Notes: generated from the letters alone by a model not told the origin. DNA of 64,000 bases from Eledone cirrhosa (GCA_964016885.1 OZ024759.1:4588001-4652000); one strand, 5' to 3'. Positions 27,363-40,302 are shown, counted from the first letter of the stretch. Made by a program: numbers and translations.

Positions 27363-27874
27363 ATACCTTCCTGCCAGATGGTTGAACGTCTGAAAGTATA
27401 TACTTTCCTTATGCATATTAACGGCTGAGCAGCCTAATTTGCATATCGAGTGAGATCAGTCGGCTGGGCACACCGAAAACGATAAATGGAATAGAATGAA
27501 ACGAAATTTCATTTCTCACTCTTAGTAAGGCACTTACTTAAATGTATGTATACGTACATACATATATGTATACAGACGTACAGTAGTATGTATATATATA
27601 AACATACATGCACACATATATATATGCACGTATCGGTTTACCGAACATTTATTATAATGTTCGGTTTATTTGTTTGTAAACAAACAAACAGCCCGAATTA
27701 CACCGTACAGTGTTTAGGCAACCACGTCACCTTCGTTTCATTCTATTCCATTTATCGTTTTCGGTGTGCCCGGCCGACTGAACTCACTCAATATGCAAAT
27801 TAGGCTGCTCAGCCATTAATATGCATAAGGAAAGTATATACTTTCAGATGTTCAACCATCTAGCAGGAAGGTAT

Positions 27875-27917
27875 ACGGTGCTGACGATAGCTAATAAGCT
27901 TGAAATGAGTACATTGT
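27875..27917 (+). ncRNA. Minimal type I hammerhead ribozyme motif
   Basis: ACGGTG-CTGACGA-TAGCT-AATA-AGCTT-GAAA-TGAG-TA^CATTGT; 6-bp stem I with two G-U pairs. Confidence 0.7.
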
Positions 27918-28128
27918 TCCTGTGACAGTGTTGAACAAAAACGTGACGTGGTTGCCTAAACATTGTACGGCGTAATTCGGGCTGTTTACAAACAAACAAA
28001 CCGGACATTATAATAAATGTTCAGTAAACCGATACGTGCATATATATATGTGTGCATGTATGTATATATATACATACTACTGTACGTCTGTATACATATA
28101 TGTATGTACGTATACATACATACATACT

Positions 28129-28195
<67 letters not shown>

Positions 28196-28203
28196 GTATA
28201 TAC

Positions 28204-28234
<31 letters not shown>

Positions 28235-28362
28235 ATTATATAGAACAATAAAACATGGCACTAGATGTTCAACCCAAGACCTTATGATTGAGAACAGCAC
28301 ACCTGTAACCTCTAAGCTATATATCTTCACACAGACTTTCTGATAAAGACAGAAGTACCCAC

Positions 28363-28500
28363 CTGACTGACAGTTGTCTCCCCTGAAACCAGCTGCACAT
28401 CCAACACTAGAACACACCCCAGATTTAATGTTGCAATGATCGTTGTCAGCACAGTAGCACAAATACTGACAGTTCAAGCCAAAATAACCCTTTTTACATT
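28363..28500 (-). CDS. Multi-EGF gene, visible exon 11
   Basis: cag|...|gtgggt; (E)[45 protein letters not shown]; 138 nt. Confidence 0.92.
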
Positions 28501-28619
28501 CTGAAAAAAAAAAAAAAAGAAAATAGAATTATATACACAACATATATATAAAATTATACACAATAACACATATATACAATTATACACAGCTATAACATAC
28601 ATATACACAATTATACATA

Positions 28620-28980
28620 ACTATAATGCCAATGTGCGTGAATGACCAAGCATAGACGAGTTGAGAAAGAAACTGGGTATAAGAGGGATAAGTTGTGGTG
28701 TGTAGGAGAGAAGGCTGAGCTGAGATGGTATGGACATGTGATGCGCATGGAGGATGACCGCTGGGTAAAGAAGTGCCAAGAAATCCCAGTAGAAGGAAGA
28801 CGCAGTAGAGGTAGACCATGAAAAACATGGGCGGAGGTGGTGAGAGAAGACCTCAAATTGCTGAAACTCACGGAGGAGATGACAAGGGACCGTGACGAAT
28901 GAAGAGATGCCATGCTTAATAAGACCTGTCCCACCCTTGCAAGCAGGGAAAAGCGGACGTAAAATGATGATGATGATGAT
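28620..28980 (+). mobile_element. RTE LINE 3' fragment with (GAT)n tail
   Basis: tggtatggacatgtgatgcgcatggaggatgac...ggtagacc (RWYGHVMR...GRP). Confidence 0.85.
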
Positions 28981-29163
28981 AATAATAAAATTATTGTGTA
29001 CAGTGCTCAGGTGCACTACAACTCATCAATGGTGAATGTATAGTACATTAGTGAACAGACAGTGAACAGTGTATGAGTCATGAGATACACACAGACACAT
29101 GCATGCGTGTGTATGGAGGGGGAATATCAGGTGTAGTGTTGGCGCAAAAAAAAAATAAAAGGA

Positions 29164-29223
29164 AATGCTTACAGCACCTAGGTTTCTTAAGTGGTTTCCC
29201 ATCTAAGTACTAACTAGGCTCGA
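29164..29223 (-). pseudogene. 5S rRNA 3'-half fragment
   Basis: Minus strand gagcctagttagtacttagatgggaaaccacttaagaaacctaggtgctgtaagcattt resembles the eukaryotic 5S 3' half (GGTTAGTACTTGGATGGGAGACC...GGTGCTGTAGGC), followed by a T-run. Confidence 0.85.
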
Positions 29224-29513
29224 GTCAAGATATATGTGTGTGTGTGTATGTATGTATGGAGGGGGAATATCAGGTGCAGGGTTGGCGAATTTCAGGCAAC
29301 ATGGAGGTTTTAAAGGATGCAGTGTCCCGGCAGCTAACAACTGATGCAGGTAGTTTGTTCCATGCTTCAGTGAATTTCAGGAAGCATGGAGGTTTTAAAG
29401 GATGCAGTGTCCTGGCAGCACACAACTGATGCGGGTAGTTTGTTCCATACTTCAGCAAATTTTTATATATATTGATTGACCAACATTTAAAAAATATAAA
29501 TATAAATATAGTT

Positions 29514-29558
29514 TCTCAGAGTTTTTTCATCACATATCTGTGACATCATCAGTGATAT
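29514..29558 (-). ncRNA. Degenerate hammerhead-like motif
   Basis: ATATCA-CTGATGA-T-GTCACA-GATA-TGTGAT-GAAA-AAAC-TC^TGAGA; good stem II, 3-bp stem I, weak stem III. Confidence 0.45.
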
Positions 29559-30029
29559 TTCTATGCTTGTCATATTCCTGTGATGTTTTCTTATTCTATT
29601 TTATTTATTTGCAGTAGTTCCAACGTAAAAGACTTTCATAATAGTTGATCACTATAAATAACAGTTAGGAAAACCAGATAAAGTACATGTGGAGATAGAA
29701 AGAAGTAGACGGAGGGTCCTGTAAGGAACAGGTGCAAGTTTGCTTCCTTGCAAATACTTCTGTCTACATCTACCTTTCTCCTGAGATACTTTACTACCCA
29801 CATTAACCTGTCACCTGTGGTCCATTACTGTCTACCAGGAATAATAATTGTTTCTACTTTAGGCACAAGGTCAGAAATTATCCAAGTGTATTACTGGTAC
29901 TTTATTTTATCGACCCCGTAAGGATGAAAGGCAAAGTTAACTTCGGTGGGATTTGAACTCAGATTGTAAAGGGACATAACTATGCTGGAAAGCATGGCAT
30001 CCGACTCTCTACCGATACTGCCATAATAC

Positions 30030-30922
30030 AGTTATACTAGTTAGAAGTAGAAATAAAAGACTATTAAACATATGTAGTCATTAATAATATAGTTATACTA
30101 GTTAGTAGTAAAAGTAAAAGAGTAATACACCTATGTAGCCATTAATAATATAGTTATACTAGTTAGTAGTAAAAGTAAAAGAGTAATAAACCTATGTAGT
30201 CATTAATAATATAGTTATACTAGTTAGTAGTAAAAGTAAAAGAGTAATAAACCTATGTAGTCATTAATAATATAGTTATACTAGTTAGTAGTAAAAGTAA
30301 AAGAGTATTAAACATATGTAGTCATTAATAATATAGTTATACTAGTTAGTAGTAAAAGTGAAAGAGTAATACACCTATGTAGTCATTAATAATATAGTTA
30401 TACTAGTTAGTAGTAAAAGTAAAAGAGTAATAAACCTATGTAGTCATTAATAATATAGTTATACTAGTTAGTAGTAAAAGTAATAGAGTAATAAACCTAT
30501 GTAGTCATTAATAATATAGTTATACTAGTTAGTAGTAAAAGTAAAAGAGTATTAAACATATGTAGTCATTAATAATATAGTTATACTAGTTAGTAGTAAA
30601 AGTGAAAGAGTAATACACCTATGTAGTCATTAATAATTTAGTTATACTAGTTAGTAGTAAAAGTGAAAGAGTAATACACCTATGTAGCCATTAATAATAT
30701 AGTTATACTAGTTAGTAGTAAAAGTAAAAGAGTAATAAACCTATGTAGACATTAATAATATAGTTATACTAGTTAGTAGTAAACGTAAAAGAGTAATAAA
30801 CATATGTAGACATTAATAATATAGTTATACTAGTTAGTAGTAAAAGTAAAAGAGTAATAAACATATGTAGACATTAATAATATAGTTATACTAGTTAGTA
30901 GTAAACGTAAAAGAGTATTAAA
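30030..30922. repeat. 61-bp AT-rich minisatellite
   Basis: Unit atatagttatactagttagtagtaaaagtaaaagagtaataaacctatgtagtcattaata, about 14.5 copies, abutting the donor of exon 30928. Confidence 0.96.
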
Positions 30923-30927
30923 CCAAC

Positions 30928-31065
30928 CAGTTTGACAATCAGTTCCTATATAGCCTGGTTCACAGTTGCCCTCTTCACAAACACCATTGGTTCTGTTGCA
31001 GTATTTACTTTCTTCACAATGACAAACCTTTTGACAGTTAGACCCAAAAGTATTGCTTGGACAGA
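30928..31065 (-). CDS. Multi-EGF gene, visible exon 10
   Basis: cag|...|gttggt; (F)CPSNTFGSNCQKVCHCEESKYCNRTNGVCEEGNCEPGYIGTDCQT. Missed by the ORF track. Confidence 0.92.
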
Positions 31066-31299
31066 CTGGATGAAATAAAGGATCAAACAGAAATTTAGTA
31101 AATTTAACCCTTTAGCATTTACATTACTTTATATATATATACTATTGTATTTTTACAGTAAACACTTTATCACATATTATGGAGTCTAGGAGATTTTGAT
31201 GATGATATTATTTATTTTGAGAAGAATACCTTAATGTCAGTATTGGTGACCGGTTATTGAAAGAAGTCAATATATAACCCTTTAGCATTTACATTACTC

Positions 31300-33782
31300 A
31301 TAGACATTCAATGTAGAAGAGAACTGGGAGTTCCTAAAAAATAACTTACTAGAGGCGACGGATGAGGTCTGTGGCTGGAGTAAGACCTCAAGCAGGAGGA
31401 GAGTGACTTGGTGGTGGAACAATAAGGTATATGAGGCAGTTAAGGCCAAGAGACAGGCATGGAAAGAATGGAAGAACGGGGGGAGCAGGGTAAATTACAT
31501 AGAGAACAAGAGGGAAGCTAGGCGACAAGTATACTTAGCTAGGAGGGAAGCAGAGGATAGAAAATTCAAGCATGTTTTGCAATGTAAGGACCAGAAACAG
31601 GAGGTGTTCAAGATTGCGAGGCAGTGTGTCAGAGAGAATTGTGATGTCATTGGAGAGAAGTGTATCCGGAATGATAAAGGTGAGCTTGCCCTCACAAGTG
31701 CTGAGAAGAAAGATGCATGGAAGAGTCATTATGATAGATTACTAAATGAGGAGAATGCATGAGAAGAAGAGACCCTACCCCAAGTAGACCCTATAGAGAG
31801 GCCAGCAGTACAAGTCAGCAGCAGCGTAGTAAGTAAGGCAATCAAAGATATGAAGATGGGGAAGGCAACCGGTCCATCGGGTATAGCTGCTGAGATGCTG
31901 AAGGCATCTGGGTCTGTAGGTCACACTATAACCACACGTATTGTTAACCAGGTAATACTAGAAGGTGTCATACCAAAAGATTGGTGCAGTAGCATTATTG
32001 TCAACTGCTACAAAGGTAAAGGTGATGCACTAGATAGAGGAAACTATAGAGGTATAAAGCTGATGGACCAGGTCATGAAAGTAACAGAAAGAGTTATAGC
32101 ACAGTTGATTAGGGACCGGGTGAAACTAGATGAGATGCAATTTGGATTTGTACCAGGAAGAGGCACCACTGATGCCCTCTTCCTTGTGAGGCAGTACAGG
32201 AAAAGTACCTAGCTAAAAGCAAGCCACTCTACCTGCCATTTGTCGATCTCGAGAAAGCCTTTGACAGAGTTCCACGTGCTGTAATCTGATGGGCTCTTAG
32301 AAAACTAGGAGTAGATGAATGGCTTGTGAAAGCGGTACAAGCCATGTATAGGGGAGCAGTCAGCAAAGTTAGGATTAGCAATGAGTATAGCGAGGAATTT
32401 AGCGTACAGGTTGGGGTCCACCAGGGCTCTGTTCTTAGCCCCCTCCTGTTCATCATAGTCATGCAGGCAATAACGGAGGAGTTTAAGACCGGATGCCCAT
32501 GGGAACTCCTGTATGCTGATGACCTCGCACTTATAGCTGAATCTATGGTAGAGCTAGAGAAGAAATTCCAAACTTGGAAGCAGGGACTAGAAAGAAAGGG
32601 TCTCAAAGTCAACATGATAAAGACTCAGGTCCTTGTAAGTAGACGAGAAAACAGAACCCAGATCCCCTCAGGGAAATGGCCTTGCTCAGTATGTAGGAAA
32701 GGTGTAGGTAGGAACTCCATTCCCTGCCCCAAATGCAAACAATGGGTACACAAGAGATGTAGCGGGATCTCAGGAAGCTTAATTAAGAATGTAGGCTTCA
32801 CATGCAGCAGCTGTGCTGGGACAGCACGCAGCAAAAAGCCACAGGAAACAAGTACCACCAATCTCTCGGAGGGCTCTGTAGAAAGAGTAGACCGCTTCTG
32901 CTACCTAGGTGACCGAATTAGTAGCGGAGGTGGGTGTTCAGAAAGTACAATAACTAGGGTAAGAACGGGATGGAAGAAGCTTAGGGAACTACTACCACTG
33001 CTAGCTGCAAAAGGCTTTTCCCTCAAAATGAAAGGCAGACTGTATGATGCGTGTATCCGAACAGCAATGTTGCATGGTAGTGAGACCTGGGCGCTGAAGG
33101 TGGAAGACTTATGTAGATTAGAGAGAAACGAAGCCTGCATGCTCCGATGGATGTGTAACAGTAATATACGCGAACGACAAAGCATAAATGAATTGAGAGA
33201 GAGACTGAGCATAAGAGGAATCAAATGCTGTGTGCAGGAGAGGCAGTTGCGTTGGTATGGACATGTGATGCGTATGAAGGATGACAGCTGCATAAAAAGG
33301 TGCAGAGCACTAGAAGTCGATGGAAACCGCGGAGTGGGGAGACCCAAGATGACCTGGGATGAGGTGATAAAAACCGACCTTACCCAATTCCACCTCTCAA
33401 AGGCGAAAACACATGACCGTGACCTCTGGCGTCTCGCAGAAATACAGAGTACCCGACCTCCCATGGGTACAAGCTGATGCATATAGACAATAAGCCCCCA
33501 CACCCCCCACTTCAAGGTGGTCGTGGAGGTGCCACGGCAAAAAGCACCCAGCCCACACTGTAAAGTGGACGTGTAGGCAACACGAAAAAGCACCCAGTAC
33601 TCACTGTAAATGAGGTTGGTGTTAGGAAGGGCATCCAGCTGTAGAAATCAAGCCAAATCAGTTCCTGTATGAGCAAAGCATAGTCAGCCGACCAGACACT
33701 GCCCACAACAGGACAACCCGTCTAACCCATGCTAGCGTGGAAGAACGGACGTAAAACGGTGATGATGATGATGATGATGATG
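31300..33782 (+). mobile_element. 5'-truncated RTE LINE inserted into a piggyBac-like MITE
   Basis: RT motifs QFGFVPG, GVHQGSVLSP, LLYADDL; PHD-like Cys insert CSVC...CPKC...H..C...CSSC; (GAT)n tail; actc repeated at 31296 and 33783; stops and frameshifts. Confidence 0.96.
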
Positions 33783-34239
33783 ACTCTATATATACTATTG
33801 TATTTTCATGGTAAAGGCTTTACCTCACATAAGTATCTCATAATGTCGAATCTATGAGATTTTGATTTTATCTATTTTGAGAAGAATACCTTAATGTCAG
33901 TATGAGTGGCCAGTTATGGCCGGTTTCAACAGAAAGAGGTGAGAGGATTCTGGTCAGATATGGCCGGTTTAAATGCTAAAGGGTTAAACACCCCAGTGTT
34001 GAAATGTGGTAGTGCTGGTGCCATGATAAAGTGCACCAAGCCTACACTGGAAAATGGAAGTGTTTGATGCTGTGATAAAATGCATCCAGCCCATACTGTA
34101 AAGTGTTAGTGTGGTACCATGATAAAAGTTGCAAGACCACCCTGGCATGTGGTAAAGGTGGTGCCATGAGGAAATGCACCCAGTACATGCTGTGAGGTAG
34201 TGTTAGGAAGGGCATCCAACAATAGAAACTATGCTAGAG

Positions 34240-34830
34240 AAACACTGGCACACTTGGAAAATTAGAAGCACACAGGTACAGTGGGAACATCAGAGACACA
34301 GTGGGTACTCAAGAGGCACAATGGCTCACTGTGAACATCCAGAAGCACACTGGGATATTAGAGGCATACTGGCATACTGGGAACATTGGAGCACAGTGGG
34401 AACATCAGAGGCACACTGGAATATCAGTGGACACTAGGTACATAGGAGGCATACTGAGAACATCAGAGGCTCACTGGGCACATCAGAGACACACTGGGAA
34501 TACAAGAGGCACACTGGGAACATCAGAAGCACAGTAGGCACATCCGAGGCACACTAGGTATATCAGAGACACACTGGGAACACAAGAGGCAGACTGGGAG
34601 CATCAGAGGCACAGTTGGCACATCAGAGGCACACTAGGTATATCAGAGACACACTGGGAACACAAGAGGCAGACTGGGAGCATCAGAGGCACAGTTGGCA
34701 CATCAGAGGCACACTGAGCACATCAGAGACACACTGGGAATACAAGAGGCATACTGGGAACATCAGAAGCAGAGTAGGTACACAAGAGGCAGACTGGGAA
34801 CATCAGAGGCACACAGGGCACATCAGGAGG
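34240..34830. repeat. 20-bp minisatellite (acactgggaacatcagaggc)
   Basis: About 29 diverged units. Confidence 0.9.
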
Positions 34831-34878
34831 CACGCTGTTAATAAATGAACATTTACAGTTTAAAATAAGCATACTAAC

Positions 34879-35016
34879 AAGCTTGGCAGTCATGACCAGT
34901 AAAACCAGGTAGACACTTGTTGTTTGGACAGTGTCCAGTTTTAGGGTTACAGTTTGCACTGTCCTTGCATTTACAGGGATTTGAACAATGGACACCAAAA
35001 TAACCAGCTTTACACA
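34879..35016 (-). CDS. Multi-EGF gene, visible exon 9
   Basis: cag|...|gttagt; (V)CKAGYFGVHCSNPCKCKDSANCNPKTGHCPNNKCLPGFTGHDCQA. Confidence 0.92.
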
Positions 35017-35071
35017 CTGTTAAAATAAAACAAACAAGTAGAAATATCTAACATTACTTTACAAATATATA

Positions 35072-36138
35072 CAGGGTGCAGCATAAATACTGTTACAAAA
35101 TATCAAATGAGTTTAAGTCATAATATTAATTACTTTATGCTTTGCAGCATAGAGTTACGGCCCTTTATGATCTGAGTTCAAATCCCGCCCAGATTAACTT
35201 TGCCTTTCATCCTTACTGGGTCGATAAAATAAAGTACCAGTCACACACAGGGAGCGCTTTAATAGACCCCCCCCCCCACAAATTTCTGGCCTTATGCTTA
35301 TATAAGAAACCAATAATAATTACTTTATTATTGATCTGATTGCTCAAATATTAACCTAATACTATATACTAACTGTTTTGGGGGTTATATAAGGATTCAT
35401 TGCACATTTTTTCATGTTCAGAGTTGCTGAAGCATAGAACAAATTACCTGCATCAGTTGTTAGCTACTGGGACACTACATCCTTTAAAACCTCCATGCTT
35501 CCTGAAATTCGCCAACACTACACCTGATATCCCCCTTCCATACACACGCATGCATGTGTGTGTATTTCATGACTCATACACTGTTCACTTTCCTGACCTT
35601 TATACATTATTCTATGTACTATATATGCACCTGAGCAGTGTACACAATAATTTCATTATTATTATTATTTAAATGTCCTTAGAATTGAAAGGAAAATTCA
35701 TAATTGGACAGCATGAAAAAAAGTAGACTCCACCTCAGATTTTTATAACTGGAAAACAGCTTGAAATTAACAGAATGCTCATAAAAAGGACCATTGATCA
35801 CTTCAAAGAAACTTCCTCAACAAAAGCCAAGATCAGGACGTCCTAGCACCTTCTGAACACTAAAACTAATCAAATACATGCATGAGAAAATCAGATGTAA
35901 GCCAAAAAGATTCATGAGAAAAATGGTGAAAGAGGCCGAAATTTCAGAGAGATCCATGAGGAGGCTATGTAAAGATGATCTCGAGATGTGAGAACAAAAG
36001 GAAAGCATATCAAATAAGATTTCATGGTGTTAATAAACATTTTATTAATTACATTGTGCCACAATTGTAGCTAGGTACAATAAATATTGAAGGAGTTATA
36101 AGCATTTTATTTTGTAACAGTATTTATGCCGTACTATG
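35072..36138 (+). mobile_element. Tc1/mariner remnant with nested SINEs
   Basis: TA-flanked TIRs (gcataaatactgttacaaaat and its reverse complement). Transposase N-terminal fragment KPRSGRP...KRFMRKMVKEAEISERSMRRL at ~35820-35990. Confidence 0.8.
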
Positions 36139-36238
36139 TAGTATTATGTGGTCAGAAACTCTCAAGAAAGTTGGACAGGAGAAGGTCACCAGAGAAGAAC
36201 CACCCTCTCACCTCATGCAAGGGTTTCAGCCATTAACC

Positions 36239-36531
36239 CAGGCATGGGCAACCTTTTTCGAGAAGCGGGCTGCATGAGATATGGCTCATCATCAGGGAGG
36301 CCGCAAGCGCTAATTTACATTTGTGCCCACATTAAAAAAAAAGGGTGATAACTCAGGTTGTTTTGATTTGTTTCTTCAGAATTCGTACACGTTGTTTTCC
36401 TCAATCGTTAAAAATTATAGAAAGATAAATTACGACTGAAAAGTTGGGGTAAAAAAATCAGAAAGATTTCACTTAGGTGATTTAGGTGAGTCATTTAGAA
36501 AGCTTCGTGGGCCGCACGTTACCCATGACTG
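36239..36531. mobile_element. hAT-like MITE
   Basis: caggcatgggcaacctttt...gggccgcacgttacccatgactg termini with subterminal gggccgca motifs. Confidence 0.75.
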
Positions 36532-37999
36532 CCTTAATCTATTTAACATTTACATTACTGTGTTTAAGTGTGTGTGAGTGAGTGCATTTGTGTGTTTTAA
36601 TGTGAGTGTGTTTGTGTGTTTTAGTGTGTGAGTACATTTGAGCATTTAAGAGTGTGAAAGAGTATGTGTGTGAGTGTGTTTGTGTGTTTTAGAGTGTGAG
36701 TGCATGTGTGTGTTTATGTGTATGTGTGTGTGAACTCTTTTATTCACCTCTTACAATAGGAAAGGACACTGTGCCAGTTATTTTGTGTCTCAACTAATTG
36801 CAACAAAGCTAATAAACTTTCATGCTCTATTTAACACTAACACAAGTGTAAATGGTGTTAAACTTACAATCATGTTCTGGGTTTCATTCTTGGACTGGGT
36901 TGTGTGTTATGTTCTTGAGCAAAACATTATACTCAGTATGTATGTATGGTCCTGTAACTCCTGACAGAGTCGTAGAGGTGCCGTATTAACAGACATCATT
37001 TCTTGGGTATTTTAAGCCAGGCGGAGCCCATCCCTGTCCAGGCCTGAATACAGCAGATTTCTTCCAGAGAAAGATAGAAAGTGAGAGAGAGGAAATGAGA
37101 AAGAGATATAGAAGAAGAATCGACCCCAGTACTAGACTGGTACTTTTTTATTGACATCAAAAGGATGAAAGGCAAAGTTGACCTCAGCGGGATTTGAACT
37201 CAGAGAGCAGAGAGTCGGAACGAATACCACAAAGCATTCTATCTGATGTTCTAACGACTCTGCCAATTCACTGCCTATATACTCAGTATACTCAGTTGGA
37301 AATGAGTATCAACAATTGCTGGGGGGTTTTCTCTGCAATGGACTGGTGTCCTGTCCAGGTTGGAATTGTTTACTGTCAGTCACTTAACACCATGGAAACC
37401 AAGGTAAACCCTGGCCTGATTAGCATCCAGGCTTGAGACAGACTTTAGACTCAGAACAAGTAACAGCCAAATTATAGATTAGTATGATGAAAAGGAAAGG
37501 ACACATTAAATAGTGTAGTCCTAGTTATGCAATGCCTGAGAGAAGGGTGGAATGTGCTTATCTCGGTTTCCATGGTGTGAAGCAACTGAGAGTACAGAAT
37601 TCCATCCTGCACAGGACACCTGTCCTGTGCAGGATGGAATTTAAAATCCCCCAGCAATTGCTGGTACTCATTTTCAACTGAGTATACTACGCAAGAATGT
37701 TTTGCTTAAGAACGCAATGCACAGCCAAGTCCAGGAATCAAACCCACAACATTATGATTGTAAATCCAACAGCTTTACCACTTGTGTTAGTGTTAGATAG
37801 AGATGACAGCTCATTGATCTCATAACTAGTTTAAACTGTAAACAACTGACAGTGTCCTTACATATTATAAAGAGGTGAATAAAAGATATTGAAAAAGATA
37901 CTGTCAATTCACCAGCTTTTATTTTAATTTACAAATCTGCCCCCCCCCCCCCCCCATAAAAAAAAAGACAATGGAAATTCGATATTTAGTTTTACTCAC

Positions 38000-38137
38000 C
38001 ATTTTGGCAGTTTCTTCCTTCAAAACCAGCAACACATCTTCCGTCAGAACATATTCCTGTCACTGAGTCACATTTGTTGCTGTCTACACAGTGACATATA
38101 CCTTCACAGTTGCTGCCAAATCTACCATTCTGGCAGA
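38000..38137 (-). CDS. Multi-EGF gene, visible exon 8
   Basis: aag|...|gtgagt; (V)CQNGRFGSNCEGICHCVDSNKCDSVTGICSDGRCVAGFEGRNCQN. Confidence 0.92.
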
Positions 38138-38424
38138 CTTTCAAAGAAACAAAAACATTGTTTGTTAATAAAAAAAAAAGCAAACCCTTTTTGGTTCAGA
38201 AACTTCTGGCGGAATCCCAAAGTCTCATATTTTTATATGGTTTGAATATAAATATACTTCTCTACCTTTTTTTCATGGAACCCCAGACATTCCTTTGCAG
38301 AACCCTTGGGTTCCATGGATCCCACTTTGGGAATGACTAATAAAGAACAACCTAAAGTTTTGAGAGATAAAACAAGAATTCATATATGTTGCACAGAGTA
38401 ATTAGCTTCTTTCATTTCACTCAC

Positions 38425-38562
38425 CTGTTTGACAGTTGTTACCTTTATAGCCAGGTGTACACCCACCACTCGAACAGGTGCCAGATTTAGGGTTACACGT
38501 GCTATTGTCATAGCAGTGACAGCTATAGCTACAATCTTTACCAAACTTGCCACTGGAGCACT
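38425..38562 (-). CDS. Multi-EGF gene, visible exon 7
   Basis: cag|...|gtgagt; (E)CSSGKFGKDCSYSCHCYDNSTCNPKSGTCSSGGCTPGYKGNNCQT. Missed by the ORF track. Confidence 0.92.
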
Positions 38563-39211
38563 CTGAAATATAGAGCTATTATTTATTATTTATTCATGAG
38601 TGAATAAGAATTGTTTCGACTTTTGACACAAGGCCAGCAATTACCCCAGTGCATTACTGGTACTTTATTTTATCGACCCCGTAAGGACGAAAGGCAAAGT
38701 TAACCTTGGCGGGATTTGAACTCAGACCGTAAAGAACCGTAACTCTATGCTGCAAAGCATGGCATCCGACGCTCTACCGATACTGCCAATCCACCACCCT
38801 CGCGATTCAATAATAATTATTTCTACTTTTTGCACAAGGCTAGCAATTATCCCAGTGTATTACTGGTACTTTATTAGTAATACACTGGATAACAATAATG
38901 TTATAATAGTATTATAATATCATTAATATTCAGTTTGTTTGCCAGCAAACAGCCTCATAAACACCACGTGTGTTTTCTAGATGAACAATGTCATCCTTTT
39001 GTTGTAAAGGGGAAAGAAATGGGCAGAACTGTTGGAGTGTTTGTTGGATGAAATGCTTTGCAGAACTTCTGAGTTCTGAGTTCAAATCTTGCTCAGGTCA
39101 AACTTGAATGTCATTTTTACAAGCTTGATAAAATAATGTACCAGTTAAATACTGGGGTAGATATAATCAACTGACTTTCTCTTTACTCCAAAATTAAGAA
39201 ATCATTATTAA

Positions 39212-39431
39212 CCCTTTACCATTCACATTACTCTATATATAATATTGTATTTTCATGGTAAAGGCTTTATCTCACATAATTATCTCACATAATATCGAAT
39301 CTATGAGATTTTGAAAGTATTTATTTTGAGAACAATACCTTCACATCAGTTTGAGCGACCAGTTACAGCCAATATCAACAGAAAGAGGTAGAGAATTCTG
39401 GCCGGTTTGGGCCGGTTTGAACACGAAAGGG
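39212..39431. mobile_element. piggyBac-like MITE
   Basis: TTAA|CCCTTT...AAAGGG|TTAA. Confidence 0.85.
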
Positions 39432-40164
39432 TTAATTAAAAACATAGGTACATTTGTGCTTTACATAGTTTTGGCTTGGTTTTACTGGTTGGGTATTTCT
39501 CTTGCAACCAACCACTTTACTGAGTGGCCTGGGTGCACCAGTTCTTGAGAGATTGTACTAATTAGGGTGGCACCAAGTGGATACAAAATGTGGGACGAAA
39601 AGAAGAGAGAGGAGTCAGTTGAAAATGTCTGAGTGGAGGTGGCATGAACCTAGAATACTCCGAGGAACAGAGTCCAATATAGTAGTGGTGGAAAGCAGGA
39701 GGAGAAGGCACATGGGGAGAGTATCAGTGAAGAAGAGAAAAAATGGTGTATCCATTTGGTTTATAGTCAAGTTTTATTTTTTTTAAACAAGCACCTTTAT
39801 AGGCTTAGTCGGCCTCCTATGAGGTTGTCACCCCATAGGAAGTATTCTGGGTGTTTCAATGGTAAGGACACCATGCCTATCATGTTGTTGTTACAGCTCA
39901 CATTTATGTAGGTTTGGCTGGCCCCCTACAAGGATGCACTCCATGGGAAATATTCTGGGTGTTTTAATAATAAGAACCCCAGGCCTATCATGTTGTTACA
40001 GCTCTACCTATGTAGGTTTAACTGGCCTCTGACAAAAATGCACCCCAAAGGAGCCTCGGTCTTTTCATGTCACTCTTTCCTTGGTAAGTTTGGAATCTCA
40101 CTTTGAAGTGCCATGTGCTCACCTAGAAATACAAATAGCATAGAAGATCTACTGAATGACTCAC

Positions 40165-40302
40165 CTGTCTGACAATTGCTACCTTGATAGCCAGCTTCAC
40201 AGCCACCACTGGAACATACACCTGTGATGGGGTCACACTTGCTGTTGTTGGCACGGTGACATAAGTTAATACAGTTGTCACCAAATTTACCACTTCTACA
40301 CT
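40165..40302 (-). CDS. Multi-EGF gene, visible exon 6 (one Cys replaced by Arg)
   Basis: cag|...|gtgagt; (E)CRSGKFGDNCINLCHRANNSKCDPITGVCSSGGCEAGYQGSNCQT. Confidence 0.9.

Larger units (their letters stand above)
27097..28131. mobile_element. Inverted repeat element (~410-bp arms, partial direct copy in the loop) carrying hammerheads; Penelope pLTR-like
   Basis: 27097-27505 is the reverse complement of 27732-28131; 27541-27733 repeats the start of arm 1. Confidence 0.8.

Noticed and set aside
32670-32815. PHD-like finger inside the RT ORF as a novel domain fusion
   Set aside because: It is an internal part of the LINE ORF; to my knowledge such Cys-rich inserts are already seen in RTE-type elements.
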